64,000 bases of DNA from Malacoraja senta (Eukaryota): positions 135,904,001-135,968,000 of the forward strand of contig CM075977.1 of the NCBI GenBank assembly GCA_038087875.1. The letters are read 5' to 3'. Within the stretch, counting starts at the first letter, position 1; every line of letters begins with the position of its first letter. Below are positions 38,290 to 51,667 of this stretch, piece after piece. The notes below the pieces were generated by a model. It saw only the letters and a list, made by a program, of their open reading frames with translations, made no database searches and had not been told where the DNA came from. The position numbers and the translations under genes are program-made.

Positions 38290-41200
38290 GTATAAAAATA
38301 ACTACTAGAAGAACAGCAGGTCAAACCGCATCTGGAGTGGCAAAAGGGATGGTTGATGTTTTGGATTGAGACCCTGCATCTGGATTGCGGGTGAAAGAAG
38401 AAACACGGCCAATTTATAGAAGTGCTGGGGAGGAATGGATGGAAACAGGTGATGGGCAGAAGGGGACAGAGGAGTTGGGGTGTGGAAGGAATGCAAAAAG
38501 CTGAACCCGGCAAGAGAACCTGGGAGGACTAGTTGGAGTGGGAAAGAAATGTAGGATGTGAGTTATACGAATGTAGAATATTCAATGTTCATACCATTGG
38601 CTTGTATGCTACCCAAGTAGAGCGTGAGATGTTGTTCTTTGAGTTTTTCTTTTGGCATCACTATGACAGTTGAGAAGACGGAGGACAAACTGGTTGGTAT
38701 CGGAAATGGAGTTGAAATGAGATGCCACCAGAAGCTCAAACTGGGTGTTATGGACAGAATGCAGGTGCTCTGCAAAACTGTCACTTAAGCTAGGTTTGGT
38801 CTCACTGATGTAGAGGAGGGCACATCATGAGCACCAAATGCAATAGATCAGGTTGGAGATGCTGCACTTGAGTGACCTTTTTTTACTCAGTCTTTTACCG
38901 ATCCAAAATCCCCCTCACCTGTATCCACCTATCGCCTGCCAAACTTTGTCCTGCCCCAGCCCTCTTCCAACCTTCGGAAGTTGTAGTCATTAAGCATGGA
39001 AACAGGCCCTTCGGCCCAAGGTGCCCACAAATTGATGAGTTCTGCAGAAGTGGATAAAGATTTGGGAAGAGTGTTGTAGTATTTTTGGACCAAAATCTTT
39101 TCTATGGAGCTACTAAAGGTGGTCCGTAGCTGGGGCCCATGCGAGTGCCTGTGGATATTCCATTGATCAGTAGAAAGTGGGAGGAATTGAGAGAAGTTGA
39201 GGATAACAAGAAGTTCTGCCAGGCGGAAGAGATTATTAATGCAGGGCTCTCGCTTAACTTTTTTTCCCTGTTGCCAGCCGGGCAACCTTGGCAGCTTTTT
39301 AGGTTGCCAAATGACAGTGTAGGTGGTCATTTAAGATGGCTTGCATGACGCGTGCGATAATGTGCTCGGAAGAAGTGCGTAGTTACCAGTCGGAATTATA
39401 CTCAATGAAGCATTTACATATTATTTCTGCTTCAAATAAAGTCACAAACTAAACATATTCACCAATCAAGACATGATATATCCCACAATGACATGCAGCA
39501 AAATTATAAGACAGTATCTCAACTCTTTTTACACATTGCAATTAATGCAATTTCTATTAGTTCTTTCCACTTCCAAACAAAAATGTGGTTGGATTATTCA
39601 GCGTATGATCAACCTGTGTCAATAAATCCTGGACCATGGTAAAATATATGCGTACGTATAGTTGTGATTGTTGCTCATTAAGTAACTACAGTACTGATAC
39701 TCCATATTAAGAGCATTGATTTGCCATTAAAATGAATTCTGTAATAACGTGTCAATGGTAGCAGTGACAATCGAACACTGCAGTTTTAATGTTTCACGTG
39801 TTCACAATTTAATTAATCCATATTTATGGGATAAAACAAATAATAACATTGGGAATTAAAACACATTTGATTGCATTCCGTTATCAAACATAGTCAATGT
39901 TCGCTCTGAAGACATTTCCAGCACAATAGAGTCAGGGAGGGGGGTGTGTGTGAATCAGTGCGGGGTGGATAGATGGAGGGGGGGGGGGGGGGTTAGAAGG
40001 CAGTCGGTGCAGAATGGATGGATTGAGGCAGGTGAATTAGTACGTGTTGGTTGGAGTAGGTAAAATTGTGAGGGGAGAGCATGGGGGATGTCAGTGGTGT
40101 TGAATGGGGGGGGGGGGGTTCAGTACGGGATGGATGGGGGTAGACAAAAGTGCTGGAGAAACTCAGCGGGTGAGGCAGCATCTATGGAGCGAAGGAAATC
40201 GGCAAGGTTTCGGGTCGAGACCCTTCTTCAGACTGTTCCCCCATTCTTCTTGAATGGGAGGATCAGTACAGGATGGGTGGGGGAGATCAGTGCAGGATGA
40301 ATGGGGGGGTGTACAGTGTGGATCGGAGGGTCTGTGCAGGATGAATGGGGGATCACTACAGGATGAAGGGGGAAGGTGCAGGGTAAATGGAGGGTTGGTC
40401 AGTACGGGATGAATGCGTGGATTAGTACAGGATGGATGGGGGATTAGTACAGGATGGATGGGGGATCAGTACAGGATGGATGGAGGAGAAGTACAGGATG
40501 GATGGGAAAGGGGTAAGTACAGGGTGAATTGGGGAACCAGTGTAGGATGGATGGGGGGGGGCGGTGGCAGGAGAATCAATGCGAGGTGGATAGGGTGATC
40601 AGCGCAGGATGAATTGATGGGGGGGGGGGTAGATGGGGAGAGGAGCACAGGGGATGTCAGTGAGGATTGAATAGACGCGGAATGGGGGATCAGTGCGGGA
40701 TGGAGTGGAGGAGTCCCAGGATAAGGGGGTGGAGGGGGCGTACAAGAGAGAGAGAGGGGGGCGAGGTGGGGAGGAAGGAAGGTCAGCGCTCCTAGGACAA
40801 CATCGCCCCGCTGCCTTGGCTGTTGGGAACTCCTCGCCACCGCCTACCTCCTCCGCCAGCCAACCACCACCTACCTCCTCCTCCGCACCGGCCGGCCCCG
40901 CCAGGTGCGGGGCCGGCCGGTGCAGCTCAGAGATCATATATCTTTCGGATCTTTGGTGCAGCTGCTTCAGACGGGTCGGAGCGAATGATAGGCCCCAAAC
41001 AGCGGCAGCAGCGGCTCCACCCATCCCCCGCCTGCCCTGATAAGGGTCGCTGCTTGCAAACCCGCTAACGGCGATAACCGCTTTCAAAACAAATCCTCCC
41101 GCACGCTGAGGCCTCGCCCTCCCTCCCTCCTCCCGGCCTCGGCGTGCGGGAGGGTTTGTTTCGAAAGCGGCTATCGCCGTTAGTGGAGTGGCAGGCAGCG

Positions 41201-41690
41201 GCCCTTATCAGGGCAGGCGGCGGGAGGAGGAGGCGGTGGAGCCGCTGTCGCGGCCACTGCTGCCGCTGTTTGGGGCCCGTCATTCGCTCCGACCCTTCCT
41301 CACCCCGCACCTAGTATCTTTGCCCCGCACAGCCGCCGCCGACACGAAATGTCGCGTTCCTATTCTCCAGAGATGCTGCCTGACCCGAGGAGTTACTCCA
41401 GTTTTTTGTGTCTATCTTCGGTACAAACCAGTATCTGGTTGCCAAGCCGGGCAAAATGACTCGGTGTTTAGGTTGCCCGGCGGCGCTTTGAGTGGTCAGT
41501 GGCACCCGGGCAACCGCTAATTTCGAGCCCTGTTAATGGTGGGGAATTGGTTGTGTCTTTGTTCGAGAAAGAAGTGGAGGGTCCCAAGACTTTACTGTGT
41601 ATGGAACTGTATGGAGACTGGATGCCCATGGTAAAGATGTGATGGCTGGGACCTGGAAATTGGAATTTATCAAACTGGTCTAGGCTCCAG
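38290..41690 (-). mobile_element. Degraded Penelope-like element, split by the 39242-41532 insertion
   Basis: KLKEQHLTLYLGSIQANGMNIEYS at 38563-38784; RT-like sequence continues on both sides of the insertion. Confidence 0.6.
39242..41532. mobile_element. 2.3-kb non-autonomous hAT-like element, copy 1
   Basis: Ends CAGGGCTC...GAGCCCTG; TSD TTAATG (39236-39241, 41533-41538); highly similar to 48146-50366. Confidence 0.85.
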
Positions 41691-42305
41691 CACTCCACGG
41701 GGTCTCCTTGTTCTCCCCTTCATTTCTACTTTCCACAGGAATATTTTCTTTGACTCACTGGTTAGTTCAACCCTTCCCATCCACATTTTCCAGCCATCTC
41801 CTCACTGTCGGAAGTGCAACATTGGTCCCTTCACCTCCTTCCTTTTCTCACTACCATCAAGGGATCTAAGCAGCATTTCAAGTGCACCTTCTCGGCACTG
41901 TTATATTGGCAAGAAATTTAAGTTGCTTTCAGCTTGCTGATTGTGTTGGATTTGGGACAGTCAATGAAGGATTATAAAGGATGTGAATTGGAGTTGCATT
42001 GGTTTCCTCAAATAGTTTACTTTGACCTTTTGACAAGGCGGAAATGTGTATATTGAACCATGTGACATTTTTGATTCTCAGTGCCAAGAATAAAACAAAA
42101 CTCTTTTTGGAATCTTGCACTGTCCAGTTAATGCTTAATTTACCTTTTAAAATGAGATATTACCTTATTTGTTCAAAATGTGGAATCATCTTTATACCTA
42201 GGTGTTATAGCAGTCAATGTACAATTGGCGAGACGCTAACATGTTTTGCCAAGCGCAGGTTTCAGCTTTTGGTTTACTGTATGACGTTTTTTGTTATTCC
42301 GTCAG

Positions 42306-42462
42306 TTATAGCAAGAAAGAATCTAATCTACATGCATCCCAGATCCATGTTAAGGATCTTGAAAGTGCACTTCATGCCAAGGAAGCTAGCCTCGCAACTG
42401 CATTGGGTGGAAAAGAAGCCCTTGAAGAAGAAGTTGAAGATTTGCAGGCACGCCTTTCAAAG
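42306..42462 (+). CDS. LMNB1: Lamin B1 exon 2
   Basis: gtcag|TTATAGC...TCAAAG|gtaact; 157 nt; YSKKESNLHASQIHVKDLESALHAKEASLATALGGKEALEEEVEDLQARLSK. Confidence 0.96.
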
Positions 42463-43164
42463 GTAACTTTAAAAATAGGACAGTTTTTTTTTTTTAGATT
42501 TCGCTGCACTTGCAGTCTAAATTTTGTTTGTATTCTGGTCACTTGAATTTCTTCCCCATCTGATGGTATCTTACATTCAATGTTATATTTTGAAAGTTAC
42601 ATCCTTAATTCCATTCCCTTTTAGATGTAAAGTACCAACCAAAAATATTAGTGTTTTTCTTTTTTAATGTGAGACCATTTATTTTGGTTCTCCTGCCAAC
42701 TTTATCCAAACTTTTGTCTTTTGAGTTACGGTATTTAATATGGCACAAACATACAAGTTGGAAGACTATGCTCCCATTAATTTGTATATATCACAGTTAA
42801 CTCTCCAAAATGCATGGCTGAATTAAAGATTGCAATAATTTCAACTGAGTTTTCAAATTTGACACTTGCTGTGATGAATTTACTGAATTCAATTGTATGT
42901 CCCTCAGAAGCTCTTAATGTGATTTTTTTTGTGTGTCCCTTTGGGGCATACAACACTGATTACTTGAACTGTTAAACATTTTCCATGGGATTTTTAAAGT
43001 AACAGAAAATGTGGGTTTTCGATCAGGATAGTCAAAACCTTGCTATGGAAAGAATTGATGGCCAAATGGTCTTGTTAGAAGGGAATATACATTTTGAAAA
43101 AATGTTTGCAATAAAAGCTAGTAATTTTGCTTTTGTATTTTTAAATTTTTAATCTGTCCTGCAG

Positions 43165-43290
43165 CTAGAAGTTTCTATAGCAGCTGTGAATAAGAAACTT
43201 GAAGATGAAACACTCTTGCGAGTTGACCTTGAGAACCGTTGTCAGAGCTTTACAGAAGAACTCGAGTTCCGAAAGAATATACATCAGGAG
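43165..43290 (+). CDS. LMNB1: Lamin B1 exon 3
   Basis: ctgcag|CTAGAA...CAGGAG|gtaaga; 126 nt; [42 protein letters not shown]. Confidence 0.97.
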
Positions 43291-44441
43291 GTAAGAAACA
43301 TTCCATTGCATGAAAGGTACATTTTATTGGATTTGCCATTTTTTTTAATTTATAGCAATTTTTATTGAGAGAGGCTGAAAAAATGAGATGCTGGAAGAAG
43401 AGGTCAGTACCAGTGCTACCAAGCCCTTTTTATACAGAAGGCACTCTGGGTGGGGGATTTTATTGTCAATCACTAAATCAGCTTGGGAATACAATGACTG
43501 AGCAACGACCAAGTTTGTGGTAGGAACCAGTACAAGGGTTAAATTTACAATGCCTCCTGCATGATAAACATACTTGATATCTGCCTTGCTATCTTCCTGG
43601 TACAGATGGATGCTTCTGTCCATGTTAGCATGTAGAAGTTACTTTTGTTGGGGGAACCCTTCACTGTGTCGTGTGGTGCTTGAAATATGTTAAACGTGAT
43701 GCATTCAGAGCAGATCTGACAAATCACAAATATATGGTGCCATCAGGAGCAGCAGAAAGATAAATAATCTGCGAACTCGCATTCATTCCACCATTGCAAT
43801 CAAGGCAAATAGTCAACCCTGGTTCGTTGAGTTCAGAAGAGTATGGAAGGTCTACCAATGAAAAACGATGAGAAGCTGCAGCTCAAACTCTGTGCATGTT
43901 GAACAAAGTGCAGCAGACAGAGCTTGGATTCAACGATTAAAGCAGATGACAACTCTACAGACCGGGATAGGTGTGGATCGTGATAAACAATTATTTTAAA
44001 CAGCTAATGAAAGGAGGTGGTTCTAAAAATATTCCCATGCTCGATGAAGGTGCAGCCCAGCTTGTGTGCTGAAAATGAGACGCAAGCATTCGTATCCATG
44101 ATCAGCCAGATACAGCTCCGCTTTCTTCTGTAGCAGCCCCAATCACATGCCAGACGTCAAGCAATTCTATACATGCCATGTGATATTAAAATTGGTTCTA
44201 GGCACTAAATGCAGCAAAGGCTCTGAGGCTAGACAATATCCCAGGTGTACTCAGAGCTAAATTCTAGAAATTCAGTCAAATGCAGCCCTGACATTCATTC
44301 TCTGCAGCCTGTGCCATCTGCAAACTACTTCGCAGTTACTCTCCTAGACTACTCTGACAGTGCCTCCCAAACCCATGGCCTCTACCACCAAGTAGGATGA
44401 GCAGTAGGCCTATGAGAACACTACATGCAGAGAGTGCTTTA

Positions 44442-45044
44442 AGGGCCTGTCCCACTTTGCGATTTTATTCGGCGACTGCCGGCGTCATTGACTGATGTAC
44501 CAGGTCGCCAAAAAACCGTCAAGCTGCAAGACAAGCTACGACACAGTTGACGTCAAGCTGCGACAATTTACGTCATCCGGCGTCACAATTTTCTGGGACC
44601 TGGGACGACCACAACATACGACACCTACGACATCCTGCGACAGCACAGATGTCGAAGAACGACAACCGCGGTCAACATACGTCCACCCGACGATACGGCA
44701 AGATCTGACAAGCTACGACACTGTCTGCGACATCTGAAGACAACAGAAGACAAGTAACGTCATTTTGATCTGCATCTTGACGCAGGCACTGTCTCCGGTT
44801 GACGTATGATGACGCAGGTTGTCGCAAAAGGAATTCGGCGAGTTCATGACCATGCAACATCGTACGTCACCTGGCGACAACCTACGATAGCACCTACGAC
44901 AGGATACGACAGGCAACATCAAGCCCACTGTCGCCACAAGGTTTTGAACATTTCAAAATCCAGCGGTGACAAGACAAAAGTGACCATGAGGCGACAGCCT
45001 ATTTTTCGGCTGTTGTCAAAAAAAGTCGCCTTGGGACAGGGGCT
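44442..45044. mobile_element. PIF/Harbinger-like MITE
   Basis: TTA|AGGGCCTGTCCCA ... TGGGACAGGGGCT|TTA; CpG-rich interior with CGACA repeats. Confidence 0.7.
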
Positions 45045-45219
45045 TTAGAGCAGAGGGATCTGGTAGGTACATAGTTCCTTCAAAGGGGCATCACGGGTAG
45101 AAAGGGTGGTCAACAAAGCTTTTGGCACATTGGCCTTCATCAAGCGGAGTATTGAGTTTATTTGTTGGGGAGGTTATGTTACAGTTGCACAAGACATTGA
45201 GGCCACATTTGGAGTATTG

Positions 45220-46600
45220 TGTAGGAAGGAACTGCAGAGAGACAAAAAGCTGGAGTTACTCAGTGGGTCAGACAGCATCTCTGGAGAAAACGAATAGGTG
45301 ATGTTTCGGATCGAGACCCTTCTTCAGACTGAGAGTCAAGGGAAAGGGAAACGAGGAATATAGATGGTGTAAAAATATATAGAACAAATGATTGAAAGAT
45401 ATGCTAAAAAGTAACGATGATAAAGGAAACAGTCCATTGTTAGCTGTAGCTGGGTGAGAACGAGTGCAGACAATGAGACTAAACAAGGATGACTTTGAAC
45501 CTTGTACGATAAGGGTGGGGGAGGAAAGGAGAGCGATGGAGTGGAATGCAAGGGTTACTTGAAGTTAGAGAAATCAATATTCATACCACTGGGTTGTGAG
45601 CCACCCAAGCAAAAATATGAGATGCTGTTCCTCCAATTTGCGTTTGGCCTCACTGACAATGGAGGAGGCCTAGGACAGAAAGGACAGTGTGGGAATGGGA
45701 AGGGGAAATTAAAGTGATTAGCAACCGGGAAATCAGGTAGGTCCAAGCGGACTGAGAGAAGGTGTTCAGCGAAACGATCACCCAGTCTATGTTCGGTCTC
45801 ACCGATGTATGAGTCCACACCTTGAACAACAGATACTTTAGATGAGGTTGGAAGTAAAACCTCTGCCTAACCTGAAAGGACTGTCGGGACAGAGGTGATG
45901 GAGGAGGTATAGGGACAGGTGTTGCATCGTCTGCGATTACAGGTGAAGGTACCTGGGGAGGGGGTGGTTTGTGTGGGAATGGATGTGTTAACTAGGGAGT
46001 TGCGGAGGGAACGGTCTCTGGGGAAGGTGAAAAGGAGTGGAGATGGGAAGATGTGACTCGTGGTGGGATCCCGTTGGAGGTGGCGAAAATGTCAGAGGTT
46101 GATGTGTTGCATGTGACGACTGATGGGGTGAAAGATAAAGACTGTGGGACTGTCCCTGTTGTGACGAGGGGGAGCAAGAGCGGAGCTGTGGGGTATCGGG
46201 GAGAGACGTGTGAGGATCTCAACTATGGGAAACCCCGTTCCCTAAAGAATGAGAACACCTCGGATGTCCTGGTATGGAACACCTCATCGTGGGCACAGAT
46301 GCAGTGTAGATAGAGAAATTGGGAAAAGGGGACAGACTCTTTGCAGGAAGCAAGGTGGGAAGAAGTGCAGTTTAGATAATTGTGGGAGTCAGTAGGTTTA
46401 TAATGGAAGTCAGTCGATTGTCTATCTCCTGTTCAAGTTCACGTTTATTGTCACATGCACCAATTGGTACAGTGATGGAGAGGGTGTGATTATGAAAGGG
46501 GAGGGAGGTGTCAAAGATGGTACTAATGAATTTGAGTGCAGGATGGAAATTGGTGGTGACGTTAATGAAGTCTTGTGTTCTAATGATGTTACGAGGAACA
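45220..46600 (-). mobile_element. Penelope-like element fragment
   Basis: YIGETEHRLGDRFAEH...PSGMNIDFSNFK at 45555-45818; terminal repeat with a hammerhead motif at about 45299-45330. Confidence 0.85.
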
Positions 46601-46868
46601 GGTTCAAGGATCTGACTAGTAGAACAGAAAAAGCCTCAAATCCGTTTTATTGGCAAGGGGGAACAAAAACAATACTTGTCTTGGTATGCGCGGGGTCTAG
46701 TTTTCGGCAACATACCTCTCTTTCTGCCTCCATCTGCAGCGCTGATCATGACTCAGCCCGTCGGTGAACCCCTCTTGTACATGAACACATCAGATGTATT
46801 GGCAAGAGAAAAAACAAAAAGAATACTTGTCTTGGTATGCGCGGGTTCCGTTTTACAGCAGCACACCC

Positions 46869-47052
46869 CTCTCTCTCTCTCTCTCACTGTCTGTGTCTGT
46901 CTGTCTGTGTCTGTCTCTGTCTGTCTCTCTCTGTCTGTCTGTCTTGCTCTGTCTGTCTCGCTCTGTCTGTCTCGCTCTGTCTGTCTCGCTCTGTCTGTCT
47001 CGCTCTGTCTTTCTCGCTCTGTCTGTCTCGCTCTCTCTGTCTCTCTCTCTGT
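46869..47052. repeat. Compound (CT/CTGT/CTCGCT) microsatellite
   Basis: Direct inspection. Confidence 0.9.
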
Positions 47053-47749
47053 CCCTTACTCAAAGCGCTATCAGCCGCAGACTGGCGCGTAAAGCAATAC
47101 ACACAGCGCTGCCGGTTTGGCGCGCAAAGGTTTAAACTGGGTGCTGTCGGCTTAGTGCGTGGGAATTTAAACAAAGAGCTGTTGGCTGCAGCGCTATGGG
47201 TTCTAAATATAGCGCTACCACCCACAGCGCTATGGGGTTTAAACACAGCGCTATGGGTCGCAGACTTTACAGGCAAAATTCTCATATAACAAATGAGTAT
47301 TGTGTTTAGTTTTGATCACCCGGAATAGGAAAGATGATGTTAAGCTGGAAGGGGTGCAAAGAAGATTTTCGATAAAGTTGCCCGGACTTGAGGGCCTGAG
47401 CTATATGGAGAAATGGTGCAGACTTGGAATTTCCCCCTTGGAGTACAGGAGAATGTGGGGTGATCTTATAAAGGTGTATAAGATCATGAGAGTTACAGGC
47501 TAACTGCACAGAATCTCTTAACCAGAGTAGGAGAATCAAGAATCAATGGATAGGGGAGGGATTTAATAAGAACCTGAGGGGCAACATTTTTACACAAAGG
47601 GTGGTGTGTATATGGAATGAGCTGCCAGAGGATGTAGTTGAGACAGGCACTATCGCAACATTGAGAAAAAAAAACATTTTGACAGGTATATGGGTAGGAT
47701 GGGTTTGGAAGCATATGGGCCAAGTGTAGGCAGGTGGGTTTCGTGTAGA

Positions 47750-50700
47750 CTAGACCAAGTGCAGACTCGTTGGGTCTGTTCCTCCAATGTGCGGTTGCGG
47801 GGGGGGGGGGTGGCATGTGGCGTCACACACACTAACTACCACCCCGCACACACGCTAACTACCCACCTTGATATATTAATATTATTAATTTGCTCCTTTT
47901 ACCCCATAACCGCCCTATCCACTGACGCATAGCCCCCAACTCGCAGGCGTGTCTAGAGAGGGGGGGGGGTAGAGAGTGAGAGCAGAGAGAGAATGGGGAG
48001 CGACAGAGAGAGAGGGGCAGAGATAGAAGGGCAAGAGACAGAGAGAGAGGGGGGTGGAGGAGAGGGTGGGTGGGTGAGGAGGGGAGGGAGAGAGTGGGGA
48101 GGGGGAGGAGAGGGGGATGAGCATGGGGGAGGGTGAAGGGGTAGGCAGGGTTCTTGCTTAACTTGTTTTCCCTTTTGCCAGCCGGGCCACCTTGGCAGCT
48201 TTTAGGTTGCCAAATGACAGTTTAGGTGGTCATTTAAGATGGCTTGCATGACGCGTGCGATAATGTGCTCGGACGAAGTGCGTAGTTACCAGTCGGAATT
48301 ATACTCAATGAAGCATTCACATATTATTTCTGCTTCAAATAAAGTCACAAACTAAACATATTCACCAATCAAGACATGATATATCCCACAATGACATGCA
48401 GCAAAATTATAAGACAGTATCTCAACTCTTTTTACATATTGTAATTAATGCAATTTCTATTAGTTCTTTCCACTTCCAAACAAAAATGTGGTTGGATTAT
48501 TCAGCGTATGATCAACCTGTGTCAATAAATCCTGGACCATGGTAAAATATATGCGTACGTCTAGTTGTGAATGTTGCTCATTAAATAACTACAGTACTGA
48601 TACTCCATATTAAGAGCATTGATTTACCGTTAAAATGAATTCTGTAATGACGTGTCAATGGTAGCAGTGACAATCGAACACTGCGGTTTTTTCACGTGTT
48701 CACAATTTAATTAATCCATCTTCATGGATTAAAACAAATAATAACATTGGGAATTAAAACACATTTGATTGCATTCCATTGTCAAACATAGTCAATGTTC
48801 GCTCTGAAGACATTTCCTGCACAATAGTGTCAGGGAGGGAGGTGTGTGTGAATCAGTGCGGGGTGGATAGATGGCGGGGGTGGGTGTTTAAGAAGGCAGT
48901 CATTGCAGAATGGATGGATTGAGGCAGGTGAATTAGTACGTGTTGGTTGGAGTAGGTATAATTGTGAGGGTGAGCATGGGGGATGTCAGTGGTGTTGAAT
49001 GGGAGGGTTCAGTACGGGATGTATGGGGGTAGACAAAAGTGCTGGAGAAACTCAGCGGGTGAGGCAGCATCTATGGAGCGAAGGAAATTGGCAAGGTTTC
49101 GGGTCGAGACCCTTCTTCAGACTGTACCCCCCATTCTTCTTGAATGGGAGGATCAGTACAGGATGGATGGGGGGGGGAGATCAGCGCAGGATGAATGGGG
49201 GGGGGGTCAGTACAGTGTGGATCGGAGGGTCTGTGCAGGATGAATGGTGGATCACTACAGGATAGAAGGGGGGAAGGTGCAGGGTAAATAGAGGGTTGGT
49301 CAGTACGGGATGAATGCGTGGATTAGCACAGGATGGATGGGGGATTAGTACAGGATGGATGGGGGATCAGTACAGGATGGATGGAGGAGAAGTGCAGGAT
49401 GGATGGGAATGGGGTAAGTACAGGGTGAATTGGGGAACCAGTGTAGGATGGATGGGGGGGGGTGGCAGGAGAATCAATGCGAGGTGGATAGGGTGATCAG
49501 CGCAGGATGAATAGATGGGGGGGGTAGATGGGGAGGGGAGCACAGGGGATGTCAGTGAGGACTGAATAGACGCAGGAATGGGGATCAGTGCGGGATGGAG
49601 TGGAGGGGGTCCCAGGATAAGGGGGTGGAGGGGGCGTACGAGAGAGAGAGGGAGAGGGGGGGCGAGGTGGGGAGGAAGGAAGGTCAGCGCTCCTCGGACA
49701 ACATCGCCCCGCTGCCTTAGCCGTTGGGAACTCCTCGCCACCGCCTACCTCCTCCGCCAGCCAACAGCAAGGTGCGGGGCCGAGCGGTGCAGCTCACAGA
49801 TCCTATAGCTTTCGGATCTTTGGTGCAGCTGCTTCAGACGGGTCGGAGCGAATGACGGGCCCCGCACAGCGGCAGCAGCGGCTCCACCGCCTCCTCCTCC
49901 TGCCCCCCGCCCGTCCTGATAAGGGACACTGCTTGCAAACCCGCTAACGGCGATAACCGATAACCTCACCCTCCCTCCCTCTCGGCGTGCGGGAGGGTTT
50001 GTTTCGAAAGCGGTTATTGCCGTTTGCGGAGTGGCAGGCAGCGGCCCTTATCAGGGCGGGCGGCGGGAGGAGGAGGCGGTGGAGCCGCTGTCGCGGCCGC
50101 TGTTTGGGGCCCGTCATTCGCTCCGACCCTTCCTCACCCCGCACCTAGTATCTTTGCCCCGCACAGCCGCCGCTGACAGGAAACGTCACGTTCCTATTCT
50201 CTAGAGATGCTGCCTGACCTGCGGAGTTACTCCAGTTTTTCGTGTCTATCTTCGGTACAAACCAGTATCTGATTGCCAAGCCGGGCAAAATGACTCGGTG
50301 TTTAGATTGCCCGGCGGCCCTTTGAGTGGTCAGTGGCACCCGGGCAACCGCTAATTTCGAGCCCTGGTAGGGGGAAGGGGGTGGTAGAGGGGGGAGGGGG
50401 GGAAGGGTGGGTGAGGGGTAGAGAGGGGTGGGGAAGAGGAGAGGGGGAGGTGAGAGAAAGGTGAGGGGGGAGGAAGAGGGGAGAGGTGGAGGGGGAGAGA
50501 GAGAGAGTAAGGGGAGGGAGAGAAGAAAGGGGGGAGAGAGAGAAGGGGGAGTGGGGGAAAGGCACGGGGGTGGGAGGGAGGGAGGGGGAGAGATCTCCCA
50601 CCCCTGTCCCATTGTGATATCATATGTAAATGAGATCCATTGTGATTGTACATCTGTGAGGTGGCACTGTTGACTCTTGCAGCAGTTTGATTTTAGTGGG

Positions 50701-51536
50701 ACCACGTGAAGGTTCCAATCTTCCACCCCTGTCCCATTGTAATGTCATATATGTAAATGAGATCCATTGTGATTGGACATCTGTGAGGTGGCACTTGACT
50801 CTTGCAGCAGTTTGATTTTAAAATTTACTCCCTCTCTCCCCCACCCTCCCCTCCTTCCTCCCCCCCCCTTCTCCCCCCTCCCCTCCACACACACACACAC
50901 AGCGGGTCCGATCTAAGCTGTCAATGAAGACAGCAAATTTATTTTTAAAAAACTGTCTTTGAAATTAAAAGTTAATGTTAACAATTAGTGATGTTAAGTG
51001 ACAAATAATTAAATTAATTTCAATGAAAACCAATGGAAACTACAACCTGGCAGGCTGGGGGGCTGGGCGGGGCCAGAAGACAGTTGGGCCAGGTACAAAG
51101 GCATTGTGAGGTCAGCAGCTGGGCAACCTTAATATTTTTTTAAATGTCAGTTTGGTTATAGATTTTAGTAAATATCTCGGGAAATAATTGATCAAATTCA
51201 TAGAGGATTGGATTTTTGAAATTATAAGGAAAATGTCTACCAGAAGATGTAAAAATGTCACTGTTATTGTAACGTCAGCAGCTGGGCAGTGGTCAGATTT
51301 TTAAAAAAAGGTCAGATTGGTCAACAATTTTAATAAATACCTGGAAAATGATGTACCAAAGGTACAGAGGAGTGGATCTCTAAACTCGCAAAGAAAATCT
51401 TTACTGAAATATGTTAAAAAAAAAAAAAAACCTTTTCGGCATCTGGTTTTCGAGGAGATACGTTTAAAAGGCAAAATAACACGCACGCACACACGCACAC
51501 ACATACACGCACAGTTTTAATAGATATATGATATGA
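47750..51536 (-). mobile_element. Non-autonomous Helitron containing the 48146-50366 element
   Basis: Minus strand begins TCATATCATATATCTATTAAAACTG and ends with hairpin CAGACCCAACGAGTCTG plus CTAG; inserted at A|T without TSD; removing it restores the CR1 tail GTGTAGA|TGGGGCATGTTGG. Confidence 0.75.
48146..50366. mobile_element. 2.2-kb non-autonomous hAT-like element, copy 2
   Basis: Ends CAGGGTTC...GAGCCCTG; TSD GTAGG (48141-48145, 50367-50371). Confidence 0.85.
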
Positions 51537-51667
51537 TGGGGCATGTTGGCCAGCGTGGGCTGAAGGGCCCATTTCCACGCTGTATGATTCTCACTGTATA
51601 AATGCGTCATGAGTTTTACCATTTATTTTTCTTATTAATTTGATATATTTTGTCTGGCTGTCTGCAG

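Noticed and set aside
46676-47289. Overlapping ORFs rich in S/L/C/V, and similar Pro/Gly-rich ORFs at 40-41 kb and 48-50.7 kb
   Set aside because: Translations of microsatellite and G-rich low-complexity repeat DNA
39242-50366. The 2.2-kb duplication as an assembly artefact or segmental duplication
   Set aside because: The copies differ by many substitutions and indels, and each has its own TSD and distinct flanks
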